From: an uncultured bacterium
GTDB taxonomy: Bacteria > Patescibacteriota > Minisyncoccia > Phycocordibacterales > DATDWN01
Reading direction: 5' to 3'
DNA length: 64,000 nucleotides
NCBI GenBank assembly: GCA_903870365.1
Contig: CAIQCQ010000034.1
Span: forward strand, 2,665-66,664
A program made the translations under genes and the position numbers. This document shows, piece after piece, positions 20,426 through 29,932 of this stretch. The notes under the pieces are model-generated. The model was not told the origin of the DNA, did no database searches, and saw only the letters and a list, made by a program, of their open reading frames with translations. How positions within the stretch are numbered: position 1 is the first letter of the stretch; every line of letters begins with the position of its first letter.

Positions 20426-21556
20426 TCACTTTACTTCGCTAACGAGTGTACCTATTGGTGTCCCCACCACCGTAAATCGTATAGTACCGATAATCTGTCC
20501 ACTTTCCGTCTCGACATTCACCCGCCACTTTCCTGGAGAGAGATCATTTCTCATGGAATATGTTCGGAAACCTCCATCGCGCCCACCAGCTACATACAGA
20601 GGCACGGTGCCTTTATCTAGCCATGCTTCTGCCACAGGATCATAGACTTGATAGTGATGTTCGATAGTCAAGTTGAGTAATGGTGGCGAAAAGATCGCAC
20701 TGTATATGAACACTGGTGTGCCCGTCGCCACATGTACGTCATCATACAAAATAAAAAAATTACGCCAAGTTGTCGGCTCCGCCGTGACCACATAGTTACC
20801 AGCACCATCCTTTTCGATTGAGTGATACACACCAGAATCTTTTAATGAAAGTGGTATTGGTGGAATAAGATTAAAAAAATATAACAAATTGAAAGTCAGA
20901 AACAACATACAAATAGACGCCAAAACCTTATTACGTTCATATCGCAGTTTTCGCTCGGTCACATATGACAATACAGCCAAAAACATAAATAACACAACCA
21001 AACTCAATAGACCGGATAATAGAAATATACTATAGCCGATTTTGTGCAATACCACTGGCACAAGGAACACAGAGAAAGCAAAAAGTGAGACATACAACAA
21101 CACAATTTGAAATGTCAGTCGGACATATTCTCGTTTCAATGATTCATTTGCCCAAAAAGCCAAACCGAGTATACAAAGGAACGGCCAGTTGGAGGCAAGT
21201 GACGCACTACGGAAATAAAAAACAAGATAGGTAGACAAAATACCTCCAAAGAAAAACTGCATCACATTAACCAGCCAAAAATGCAACGTGGCTGGATTCT
21301 GAACACGACTTCGAGCAAGTGTCCGCCGGCTCGCTTGATCTTCTGCCATCTTCACATCTTCACGATTGATCAAAATAATACAGACCGCCACGATGAGCAG
21401 GTGGGCTACAACCCAGACATTGTCCCACAAGGCATCGACACGCTGGAGGGTCACCGCATCAAAAATAAATCCACCGACAAGAGACAGCGACGAGATCGGT
21501 CGTTCAAACCGTCCGTAAAAATTCCGTATATGAGTAAAAATATTCCACTCGTTCAT
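20426..21556 (-). CDS. DUF2914 domain multi-pass membrane protein
   Basis: GGFIFD..TL.RVD, IPPIPLSL, GGRDGGFRTYS, GKWRVNVET. Confidence 0.82.
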   Translation of the reverse strand: MNEWNIFTHIRNFYGRFERPISSLSLVGGFIFDAVTLQRVDALWDNVWVVAHLLIVAVCIILINREDVKMAEDQASRRTLARSRVQNPATLHFWLVNVMQFFFGGILSTYLVFYFRSASLASNWPFLCILGLAFWANESLKREYVRLTFQIVLLYVSLFAFSVFLVPVVLHKIGYSIFLLSGLLSLVVLFMFLAVLSYVTERKLRYERNKVLASICMLFLTFNLLYFFNLIPPIPLSLKDSGVYHSIEKDGAGNYVVTAEPTTWRNFFILYDDVHVATGTPVFIYSAIFSPPLLNLTIEHHYQVYDPVAEAWLDKGTVPLYVAGGRDGGFRTYSMRNDLSPGKWRVNVETESGQIIGTIRFTVVGTPIGTLVSEVK

Positions 21557-21583
21557 TGTGTATAGTATACAGGATTACAAAGA

Positions 21584-21997
21584 CTATTTTAATCTTTCAA
21601 TTATCGTCTGTTTAATTTTTTGTACGAGTACTTCTGAAATTTTAAAATCTGGGTTTGTTAGATAATTCTTGCCCCACCGATCATCCACAAAAGTGACGTT
21701 ATCAAATTCTATTGGTTTTGAATATCTTGGTATAATATGACCATGAAGATGATGCGTTATGTTACCCAAAAAAGCATAATTTAACATATCAGCTCCGAAT
21801 ATATCTATTAAATTCCCTTCAAGTTCACGTAAAATCTCAAATACTTCTATTTGTTCATCAGGGGTAGCGTCGGGTAAATCAAAAGCATCTTTCCTTTTAC
21901 ACCACACGTAGCATCGTCCAAGATAACTTTGATTCTCATGTAGGTACGTACTCCAATATACATATTCTTTTATTTTAAAATTCTGATATGGATCCAT
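21584..21997 (-). CDS. HIT family hydrolase
   Basis: NYAFLGN...HLHGHIIPRY. Confidence 0.9.
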   Translation of the reverse strand: MDPYQNFKIKEYVYWSTYLHENQSYLGRCYVWCKRKDAFDLPDATPDEQIEVFEILRELEGNLIDIFGADMLNYAFLGNITHHLHGHIIPRYSKPIEFDNVTFVDDRWGKNYLTNPDFKISEVLVQKIKQTIIERLK

Positions 21998-22464
21998 TAT
22001 TTTTGATATTTATCCAACAACCACGTAGACGTATATTTTTTATACTTTTTTCTTACCACACCAGGCATATTACCGTATGCTCCAATCACTTTTCTACACG
22101 AGCCTGTCCCACAACTACAAGCCATACGCCAATACGGATGATCCTCTGTCATCTCATAGTCCCAGGTTATTTCTTCACCTAGCAGTATATTCCGCATGGC
22201 CACAATTTGAAATAAATTTTGTATGCCACAGTTTGGTTCACATGAATGATTGATCAGTCGAGCTATGCCAGTAGAGTCCCGCCATTTTTTCTCTTCAAAT
22301 TGAATACAGTGATTGTATAAATCTTCATTCCATTTGGTCGAACGAGAACTGTATACCCGGCCATCAAAAGCCGCAATAACCTCCCCTTTCTTGATCATAT
22401 CAATAGCAAATATCCCCTTGCCATGGTGCGTAGTCTTACGTATTTCTACTTTTGTATTATCCAT
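21997..22464 (-). CDS. SET domain protein-lysine methyltransferase with post-SET cysteines
   Basis: GKGIFA, INHSCEPN, GEEITWDY, CSCGTGSCR. Confidence 0.93.
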   Translation of the reverse strand: MDNTKVEIRKTTHHGKGIFAIDMIKKGEVIAAFDGRVYSSRSTKWNEDLYNHCIQFEEKKWRDSTGIARLINHSCEPNCGIQNLFQIVAMRNILLGEEITWDYEMTEDHPYWRMACSCGTGSCRKVIGAYGNMPGVVRKKYKKYTSTWLLDKYQK

Positions 22465-22531
22465 ATAAACAAGTGTAGCATACCGAATATCTAACAAAAT
22501 TGACAACTATCAACAAAAAAGTGAGCAGACA

Positions 22532-22813
22532 TTATGACATCTGCCCACTCACAACCTCTCTGAGAATCCGTTGAAACTCTTCAAATGAAATCTCGCCAAA
22601 AGTATAACATTCATCGCCTTCTTCATCGTGACATACACAATCCGGATCACAATCACAGTCAGTCTTCCAACGTATATACTGTCCTTCTGGAGTCAGCAAT
22701 ACATGGGGACCCCAGTGTTCCGGCAAAATACACTCTCCCATGTAGTCATCATCTCTGTGACCAATGATATCCTCTCTGCGCGGTGGAATCGTCAAGCACA
22801 TTCTCATACACAC
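22532..22813 (-). CDS. Orphan Cys-rich acidic small protein
   Basis: GAAGGAGGTG SD; C-H-H and DCDCDPDCVC clusters. Confidence 0.55.
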   Translation of the reverse strand: MCMRMCLTIPPRREDIIGHRDDDYMGECILPEHWGPHVLLTPEGQYIRWKTDCDCDPDCVCHDEEGDECYTFGEISFEEFQRILREVVSGQMS

Positions 22814-22856
22814 CTCCTTCCCATAAAATACGGTCTTTTGTATAAAAAGTAAACTG

Positions 22857-23402
22857 TCAAATCTCCACCTTTATCTTTGGCCATTTTTCTAACCACTTCT
22901 TTTGTGTCATTCGCTCTCTTACTCTCTCAATCCCGTCTGGAAACTGTGGGCTTGGTCTGACGATCATACCCACAAGATCATCAATTCCATATGGAGCAAC
23001 AAATCGCAAACTTCCATTTTCAAGTCGGACACCAACTGCTGTTGCGGTTTCTGGCTAATGAGCAATAGCATCCTGAGTTGATGTATACGGAAGTATACCA
23101 TTCCATATATGAGCATAAAATTCATTTACCACTTCCCATTCAATACCAGTTTCCTTTTTTAATTTTTCTGACAATTCATCATCTGCTTTTTCATCATTAC
23201 CATCTGGATCAAAATAAACCAAATCAACATCACTTCCTCTATGCAGATTATTTGTGTACCCAGAGATATGGTTCCATACCTTATTCCGTACAAATCCCGC
23301 ACCAATCAACCAATCTTTTAACTGTAAACTTTCTGCGGTACGTAAAATATCCATCATCCATTTATCTTGTTCTATTACATTGAGAATGTCTTGTTCGATC
23401 AT
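22857..23402 (-). pseudogene. Nucleotidyltransferase family (DUF925-like) gene with an internal TAG
   Basis: IGAGFVRN.VW, DVDLVYFD. The frame continues past TAG (23055-23057) as AIAH*PETATAVGVRL...APYGIDDL...KKWLEKWPKIKVEI*. Confidence 0.8.
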
Positions 23403-24319
23403 AATTCCAATAATTTCTTTCGTATCTCTTTCCTCAACCATAGTTTATCTGTTACCCCAACATCACCATCAAAACTAATAGTAATAATCTTTGATAATAA
23501 CTCTTTCACCTTTTTACTTTCCGTATACATATAATTTTTCTTTTCAGAAATAGACGGTATACTCAAAAACCAATCCGGGTGCCCAAATTTTTCTAGTGCA
23601 GCTTGAGCTTCCACCTTATGTTTATCCAGAAATGTATTCGCACTCCACAGCTCCAACTGCCCCATAACAACAGGGAAAGGAACTGTTTCCAGGTTTAGTG
23701 TTTTAGTATCGCTCGTTATCGCATGACCTATATCTGTATATATACTTTGTTCAACCTCTTCAAAATATTGCTCGGTCCAATTTAGCGGCAAATCTATATA
23801 TTTTTTAAGTTCTTCAAAAGCAGTAACATCCCTATCTGTAGTAACTGAAGCTCCAAAATTAAGAGTGTTTGAAAGGATGGCAATAGTAAGAAGATTCGCA
23901 CTCAGTTTTGATACCTTATCTGCAAAACCTCTCTTTTTATATTCTTCCCAAATCAAAGTGGCACAAGCGCCAACAAGTTCCACATGAGCATGTTCACTCA
24001 ACTTTTCCTTCCAAAAATCTTGAAAACCAAAACGATGATCGTACACTTCTACAACATGTTCCATTTGTATAAATTTTGAAATATAAGTCAGTTCAGATAC
24101 ATCAACAATTACAATATCACTTTCAATATCTGTCGGCTGTGTTACATAGTTTATATTCCATGAGCGAATAGTAGATGTGATACTACTATTAAACACACCT
24201 GGTAACACAATCTCATTCTTTTTATTCTCTAGAGTAAGCAACTCAGAATATGCAACAGCGCACGCCAAAACATCAATATCTGTAAATGCTTCTCCTGCTG
24301 TAATAACGGTAGTTTTCAT
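23399..24319 (-). CDS. DHH-family inorganic pyrophosphatase/exopolyphosphatase-like protein
   Basis: TDIDVLACA, IVDV, VYDHR, VGACATLI, ILSNT, LRKEI. Confidence 0.78.
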   Translation of the reverse strand: MKTTVITAGEAFTDIDVLACAVAYSELLTLENKKNEIVLPGVFNSSITSTIRSWNINYVTQPTDIESDIVIVDVSELTYISKFIQMEHVVEVYDHRFGFQDFWKEKLSEHAHVELVGACATLIWEEYKKRGFADKVSKLSANLLTIAILSNTLNFGASVTTDRDVTAFEELKKYIDLPLNWTEQYFEEVEQSIYTDIGHAITSDTKTLNLETVPFPVVMGQLELWSANTFLDKHKVEAQAALEKFGHPDWFLSIPSISEKKNYMYTESKKVKELLSKIITISFDGDVGVTDKLWLRKEIRKKLLEL

Positions 24320-24331
24320 AATCAATATTTT

Positions 24332-24769
24332 CTATACACCTCGCTTTCCTTTCGCCAGCATTACACACACTTTCGCAATTCGCACGCCGCGCTTTTCTAG
24401 ATCTCTACCTGCATCTATCCAGTCGACCAGATCCCGTCGTTCGTCTGCAGTCAGACTACTCCACATAGCCTTTGACCGTGGGCTGGCATTGAGCGCTGTA
24501 TACAAACTCATCGGTACCACCGCATAACAGCATGGGCGTCGTTTGCCAGAGGCAAGCATCGAACTCACTCGGTCAACCCGACGCTTTCGTGTCTCTGGTT
24601 GTTTGGCTGATTCTATCCATCGTATAAAATCTCGATGCGCAATCGGAGTCAAATCTTTCCACAGTGTTTGTACGTGCGAACCACCCAGAGCCAGGGCTTT
24701 ACGGAGGTCTGTTGGCACCTCCCTCGATTCCACACCCTCTCTACTCACAGTTTGATTCGTCTTTTTCAT
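24332..24769 (-). CDS. YdeI/OmpD-associated family protein (two repeats)
   Basis: VPTDLRKAL...W..LTP...DFIRWIESAKQPETRKRR, duplicated. Confidence 0.85.
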   Translation of the reverse strand: MKKTNQTVSREGVESREVPTDLRKALALGGSHVQTLWKDLTPIAHRDFIRWIESAKQPETRKRRVDRVSSMLASGKRRPCCYAVVPMSLYTALNASPRSKAMWSSLTADERRDLVDWIDAGRDLEKRGVRIAKVCVMLAKGKRGV

Positions 24770-24788
24770 ATGTCTGATTATACTGCTA

Positions 24789-24950
24789 TTATCTAAAAGC
24801 AAAAGCCATTAGTACAATAGTCAAGGCATTGAGAACAACCAATACACCAACAAATGTTGTTTTTGAAGTCACAATTCTAGGATTCATTAAAAGATATACC
24901 GTGTAGATGATCGCCACAATCGCCGCACCAAGAAAATTTCCTTGTATCAT
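24789..24950 (-). CDS. Small 2-TM hypothetical protein (53 aa)
   Basis: Manual translation MIQGNFLGAAIVAIIYTVYLLMNPRIVTSKTTFVGVLVVLNALTIVLMAFAFR*. Confidence 0.45.
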   Translation of the reverse strand: MIQGNFLGAAIVAIIYTVYLLMNPRIVTSKTTFVGVLVVLNALTIVLMAFAFR

Positions 24951-25071
24951 ATATGTATAGTTAAGTTAGTTGAGTAAAATGATCCTTTGATAAGTATACT
25001 CCTTTTAAAGGTCTATGCTGCTATGTAGATATGTAAGGATAGCACTTACAAACTATCCGAAACACGGACCG

Positions 25072-25527
25072 CTACGCAGATGTCTTTAACTCATCCCTCA
25101 TTTTCATCCATATTCTACCGATGTGATTTAACCCACTTCCATCTTCCCCATCATCCCAAAACCCATCACCTGGAGGTGGTGTAACGATATGTTTAACAAT
25201 CATAACATCTCCCGAGTTTACAAGTGCCGTACGGACATCTTCATGTTGTTCAACCTTGAGCCTCATCATCTTCTCCATTATTTCTAGTTTATATGATTCT
25301 TGTTTAAATTCTGGAATTTGTTCATGTTTATATTTTGAAGATACCTCCCAAGCCTTAACAGCACTGCGCGCGTTTCGTATTTCTTCAATAATCTGCGTAT
25401 CAGTATACCGTGCACACTGATATGCATGTTCAACCGTAGGATACACCAAACCACCTATCTCGATAGCATGAGCAGTATATGGAGAAAAATAAATATAAAA
25501 AATTTCCAGAGGAAGTGTATCTTTCAT
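25072..25527 (-). CDS. NADAR family protein
   Basis: YPTVEHAYQ, K.EQH, DGFWDDG...G.N.IG.IWM..R. Confidence 0.88.
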   Translation of the reverse strand: MKDTLPLEIFYIYFSPYTAHAIEIGGLVYPTVEHAYQCARYTDTQIIEEIRNARSAVKAWEVSSKYKHEQIPEFKQESYKLEIMEKMMRLKVEQHEDVRTALVNSGDVMIVKHIVTPPPGDGFWDDGEDGSGLNHIGRIWMKMRDELKTSA

Positions 25528-25638
25528 CGCGTATAAGTATATCAAACTTTACGAACTACAGCTCTGGTACAAAGCTGGACTCACACAACACAAAACCCAC
25601 TATCTCTCGACAGAAAGTCCTGTGGTAAATAGTGGGTC

Positions 25639-26112
25639 CTAAAATGGCAGAAACGGAAGTTGATCCATGCCAGTAGCATGTATCACCACACACACTGCAG
25701 TTTCTCCAAGAACTTTTGAAACAAATTCTTTGGGGTGATGTTTTCCCACAAGAATCAAGTACTCCGGATGCTTCTCGCTCTGCCACACTCCTTCTTCGAA
25801 ATGTCCCGTGAGACAGTCCACTTCTTTAGTAGACCAATTTCCACCCTTTCGGAAAAGTACTGTTGAGTTGATACTTTTGGTCTTTTTCTCAAACTGCCTC
25901 TTGTAAAACTCACTGGCTTCCTTGCACTTTATCTTCTTGCAAGGATCGCAGTAATAGCCGGGGATGCCTGGAGGCATATCTCCTGACAACTGATTGGATG
26001 CATTTTCTGCACCACAGAGCCCACAGCGAACCCCAAAGCCATCGAACTTTGAACCAAAACTCATACTTCCAATTCCAGACATTCTAAAATCAATTTTTCC
26101 GACTTCCATCAT
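25639..26112 (-). CDS. Orphan protein with CxxC...CxxC zinc finger
   Basis: GAGGTGAGG SD; CGLC and CDPC. Confidence 0.55.
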   Translation of the reverse strand: MMEVGKIDFRMSGIGSMSFGSKFDGFGVRCGLCGAENASNQLSGDMPPGIPGYYCDPCKKIKCKEASEFYKRQFEKKTKSINSTVLFRKGGNWSTKEVDCLTGHFEEGVWQSEKHPEYLILVGKHHPKEFVSKVLGETAVCVVIHATGMDQLPFLPF

Positions 26113-26187
26113 GCCTCACCTCTATATAGATACAAACATATGTATAAATAAAAATCAAGCGCTGGCCGTCTGGGAGAGTTGCCTAAA

Positions 26188-26400
26188 TTTTATTTTGACT
26201 AGCATTGAATGAAGTGGAAAAGTACTCTTTTCCACTTCTGAGATGTGACGTCAAAACAAACGACAGTTTGTTTTGCGAATAACCCACTGCGTGAGCGTGG
26301 GGATGAAACAAAAGTTTCCTGAAGCTTTGCTTCAGGATGAATTGGCTTCGCCAATTCATCTCAGGAATACCCCGGGCATGAGCCCGCGGGTCGTTTATTT
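26188..26400 (-). mobile_element. ~213-bp non-autonomous palindromic element (IS200/IS605 PATE-like), copy 1
   Basis: Near-identical inverted copy at 50301-50513. Hairpins ending GGGGTATT plus stacked palindromes. Confidence 0.85.
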
Positions 26401-26901
26401 AAAAGTATTATCGTCAGCTGATGGACCATAGATAGACGGCACGGGTATATTGTTTAGACGCATATACACAGTCAATTGCCCCCTGTGATGCACCCAATGT
26501 CTGAGCTGAGAAGCAACACTTTCATCTTTTGCAGATTTCATCAATTCCTTATCACCCATTTTTAAATAAAACATTTTTGTGGTCAATTCTTCGTCCGAAA
26601 TCTTCTTAAGAGAGTTCTTTGCTAATTCAATATTGTCATCAAAATATTTTAATAAATCAGCATTGGTACTCAATGTATACTTTTTCCAGGTCGCAAAATC
26701 AATTTCACCTTTTTCTATTGTAATACTAATCCATTTTGGAACCTCTGCTACGATAGTAGACAAATAACCCATCTGCATAGATTTCTCATGAGGTTTGTAA
26801 TCGTATAGACTTTCTGGAATTCTCTCTAAACATTTCCTGGTAGCCGCCACCTCCTCTTCCAATTCTTTTAAAAACATGTGAGCGATTATATTTTTATTCA
26901 T
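26395..26901 (-). CDS. DinB/YfiT family protein
   Basis: YKPHEKSM, HWVHHRGQLTVYMRLNNIPVPSIYGP. Confidence 0.9.
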   Translation of the reverse strand: MNKNIIAHMFLKELEEEVAATRKCLERIPESLYDYKPHEKSMQMGYLSTIVAEVPKWISITIEKGEIDFATWKKYTLSTNADLLKYFDDNIELAKNSLKKISDEELTTKMFYLKMGDKELMKSAKDESVASQLRHWVHHRGQLTVYMRLNNIPVPSIYGPSADDNTFK

Positions 26902-26987
26902 AAATATATGATAATAATTTTATTTAAATAATAACTATGTGTCCTGCACGAAATCCAAACTTTTTAAATATCCCTGATGATCAAAAA

Positions 26988-27224
26988 TTAATCGTTTTCT
27001 TTTTTGTCCCATTCACTCTGAAACCACGCAAACCACTTTTTTCGGTCTTCTTCTGTATGATTTGGATTCAACATCATTTCTCGCATTGTTGCATGTACCT
27101 CATCTGTTGAACTAGAAACATGCTTACTACATTGACTTGCAACATTCACAGGATCTGCTCCGATAAACTTCATCTCACACCCTCCTTCGTTATTCATAAT
27201 TTCTTTACATGTAAATGTTTTCAT
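26988..27224 (-). CDS. Small metal-binding hypothetical protein (DUF1059-like)
   Basis: MKTFTCKE...GGC, KH......H. Confidence 0.65.
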   Translation of the reverse strand: MKTFTCKEIMNNEGGCEMKFIGADPVNVASQCSKHVSSSTDEVHATMREMMLNPNHTEEDRKKWFAWFQSEWDKKEND

Positions 27225-27282
27225 AAATATACTTTGTTATTTATAAATTTATAATTCGACACAACCTGAGCATCACTCGACT

Positions 27283-27356
27283 TGGCTGGGAGACTAGGAA
27301 TCGAACCTAAATTAAAGGCTTCAAAGGCCTCTGTCCTGCCGTTAGACGATCTCCCA
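27283..27356 (-). tRNA. tRNA-Gln(TTG)
   Basis: Cloverleaf TGGGAGA...GAGGC-CTTTGAA-GCCTT...GGTTCGATTCC...TCTCCCAGCCA. Confidence 0.95.
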
Positions 27357-27468
27357 ATGTTTTCTACTGTATCAGATTTTTTATTATTTTTCTATATAGC
27401 ACTATAGAAAAATGCCCTTGCAGAGTCCACTGGTGGTGAACATTCTGCAAGGGCATGACGACTCAAAA

Positions 27469-27684
27469 CTATACATCTTGTAAGGTCATCGGAAAAATTT
27501 GTTTAATAGCAGAAGTCACAGGGTTCTCATCTCCCTCATCACACTTTTGAAAAGCGAGTGTAACAACCTCCATCCTTTTTTCAGCCGATACTTCTATTCC
27601 TTTCAAATGTACTTCTAGTTCCCCAAACACGAGCCTTCTTACTTCTCGTGCATACGCTTCAGTATCATTTAGTGTCGGTGGCAC
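27469..27684 (-). CDS. Orphan small protein
   Basis: GAAGGAGAG SD + GTG; strong downstream hairpin ATGCCCTTGCAGA/TCTGCAAGGGCAT. Confidence 0.55.
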   Translation of the reverse strand: MPPTLNDTEAYAREVRRLVFGELEVHLKGIEVSAEKRMEVVTLAFQKCDEGDENPVTSAIKQIFPMTLQDV

Positions 27685-27733
27685 AAAGCTCTCCTTCCCT
27701 CTCTTTTATACCACACCACAAAAAATCAGTCTA

Positions 27734-28759
27734 CTATTTATCTCCTACTATCTCCATCAACGCCAATTCGAGTGGCAGAGACGCAATATATGCTCGAGTA
27801 GTGGCTGTGTACGCATCAAGCAGTTTAACGATCGTATCAGAGCCGACCGTTACATTTGTATCGAGAGCGATTTTTGAGATAAATGCAAAATCATCTTCAG
27901 ACATATCCCCTTTGACCAAATCCTCGGATCCAAAGCGAACAAGCAGCACCGCTCGCATTTTTTGCAACAATAATTTTAATAACACCGACATGTCGAGGTT
28001 GGCTTGTGACGCCTCACGCACAGCATTCAGTCCTTTATGCAAATCCTTTTCAGTAATAGCAGAGACGATAGCGTTGACCAGTTCCCCTTTTGGCGCACCC
28101 GTGACGGTCAAGACGTCTTCATCTGATATTTTTTTCGCCACTGCGGCTGACAACACTTTTTGCAACGTCCCCAATGTATCCCGAAATGATCCATCGCCAA
28201 TGAGGGCGACCAAATCTGCTGACACATCAGACAGCGTATACCCTTCTTTCTTGGCCACACTCAAGACTACTTTTTTTAAAGTCTCTTGGTTTGGTTTACG
28301 AAAAGTATGAACTTCACAACGAGAAAGTATGGTCTCGGGGATCTTGTGTGTCTCGGTCGTAGCCAGGATAAAGATGACATGTTCTGGTGGCTCTTCGAGG
28401 GTCTTCAAAAACGCATTGCTCGCCGACTTGGACAACATATGGACTTCGTCCAGTATGTATACTTTATATTTTGAATCAAATGGCAGTGTGTTGACTGATT
28501 CATTGAGCTCACGAATATCGTCCACCGATGTTTTTGACGCAGCATCTATCTCATAAATGTCGTTTGGTGAGGTGCCCAGCTCTCGAGCCAGGATACGAGC
28601 GATCGAGGTCTTACCGATGCCCCGAGAACCAGCAAACAAATAGGCGTGCCCGACAGTGCCGTTTGTGATCTGAGCTTGTAGTGTTTTAACAATGGCATCT
28701 TGGCCAACAACATCAGTAAATGTATGTGGACGATATTTTCGATAGAGAACTTCTGACAT
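27734..28759 (-). CDS. dnaX: DNA polymerase III subunit gamma/tau
   Basis: LYRKYRP, GSRGIGKTS, ILDEVHML, LKTLEEPP, ILSRC. Confidence 0.96.
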   Translation of the reverse strand: MSEVLYRKYRPHTFTDVVGQDAIVKTLQAQITNGTVGHAYLFAGSRGIGKTSIARILARELGTSPNDIYEIDAASKTSVDDIRELNESVNTLPFDSKYKVYILDEVHMLSKSASNAFLKTLEEPPEHVIFILATTETHKIPETILSRCEVHTFRKPNQETLKKVVLSVAKKEGYTLSDVSADLVALIGDGSFRDTLGTLQKVLSAAVAKKISDEDVLTVTGAPKGELVNAIVSAITEKDLHKGLNAVREASQANLDMSVLLKLLLQKMRAVLLVRFGSEDLVKGDMSEDDFAFISKIALDTNVTVGSDTIVKLLDAYTATTRAYIASLPLELALMEIVGDK

Positions 28760-28833
28760 GAGGATAGTTTAGCATACGAATATCCGAATTGGGAATTTCC
28801 GAATAGTTTTGAATAAAAGCAGCCCTGCCGTCC

Positions 28834-28966
28834 ATCCTCGCAGTAGAACTGACGAGGTATTAGCGGCAGGAACCAGGGCTCTTATATTCGTAGAAGAATC
28901 GGCCTCCGCCGATACTGTTATACCAATCCTCGCTGCAGAGCAGACGAGGTATTTCTCGAATAAAAA
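28834..28966 (+). repeat. Palindrome-ended mini element (intergenic copy of 8277-8410)
   Basis: Two direct hairpins ATCCTCGC-N-GACGAGGTATT flank a shared core. Confidence 0.8.
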
Positions 28967-29121
28967 AAATTTGATTAAAAAAAGACCCCCCGCCCGCGTA
29001 CGAGACGCGAGCGAGGGTTTGAGGGAGAAGACTACTGGCAACGAGAGACCGGGGGAGCACCCGGACCACATAGGAGGTTAAACATCAATCGTCCGGGACA
29101 AATATCCCGGACCCGACGAGG

Positions 29122-29181
29122 TTAGACTTTGCCGGCACCCTGCAGTGCCGCAAACTGATTCGTGTTCGTGCGCTTTGTCAT
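29122..29181 (-). CDS. Putative 19-aa peptide MTKRTNTNQFAALQGAGKV in a structured transcript
   Basis: TTGACA/TATTCT promoter, TAGGAGG SD, long structured 3' region and terminator. Confidence 0.4.
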   Translation of the reverse strand: MTKRTNTNQFAALQGAGKV

Positions 29182-29932
29182 GGTTGTAGGCCCTCCTAAG
29201 AGCCATTCCATTTGTTAGAATATCAAATCAATACATCCTGTCAAATATTTTTTTACAAACTTGTGAACAACTTTTTGCAAAAAGAAAACCGCACTCTTGT
29301 GGAGTGGGTTGTATAGGGCGCCGCATGGAGGAATCATCCAGCGCCCGTATTTGAGAATTCTTCCAAGGGGTTCTTATTCCCTTCTGATCCACTGATTGAT
29401 GTGACCAGATTTGGCAACTTTGCGAAAATTAAAACCGATTGTTCCTGTCGCCAAGGTATCATGGAAAGATTTTGTTGTCAAGTAAATTTTTGCAACAGAA
29501 AACCCCACGTCTTAGGTGGGGGTACTACTCGCTGGCCGGCGACTGTTACCAGGTGATGGTTGTGGTCGCTTGCCCGCGGCCGTCAGGTCGTCGCCGTGGC
29601 GCCGGTGGTGAAGGAAATGAACGTTGTCATATTATGGGTGCCTAGGCGGAGCGTGCGTGCGGACGTGGTCGGCGGACTGTGAAGTCGTATGTATTTCTCC
29701 TTGTTGTTGACTCGGTACTCTCTTGGTAGCAAAAACAAACAAATGAAAAATGAATCTGGATAGTAGGTTAGCAAACTTCACAGAAATAGTCAAGTGTCAA
29801 ATGCAGAAAAATCAATTTTCTTTTTTATATTTGAAAAATATGGCTTACAATATGGATGCTTTTGGATGGTGGAAAAAATAAGATTTTTTGAGAGTCTCTT
29901 TTTTTCACTTTTGACTTTACGGACTTTCGACT

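Noticed and set aside
23055-23057. Stop-codon reassignment or pyrrolysine
   Set aside because: TAG and TGA both terminate clearly complete genes (serS, parB, iscS; xseA, ftsQ). No suppressor tRNA or pyl genes are visible.
28769-29081. ORFs 28809-29081, 28769-29071 and 28860-29069 as genes
   Set aside because: They are translations of the palindromic repeat and the adjacent structured region; the similarity to the nuclease N-terminus is at the DNA-repeat level.
28983-29795. SRP RNA or tmRNA upstream of dnaX
   Set aside because: No SRP domain IV motif with correct spacing and no tRNA-like 5'/3' ends were found by eye; kept only as unknown sRNA candidates.
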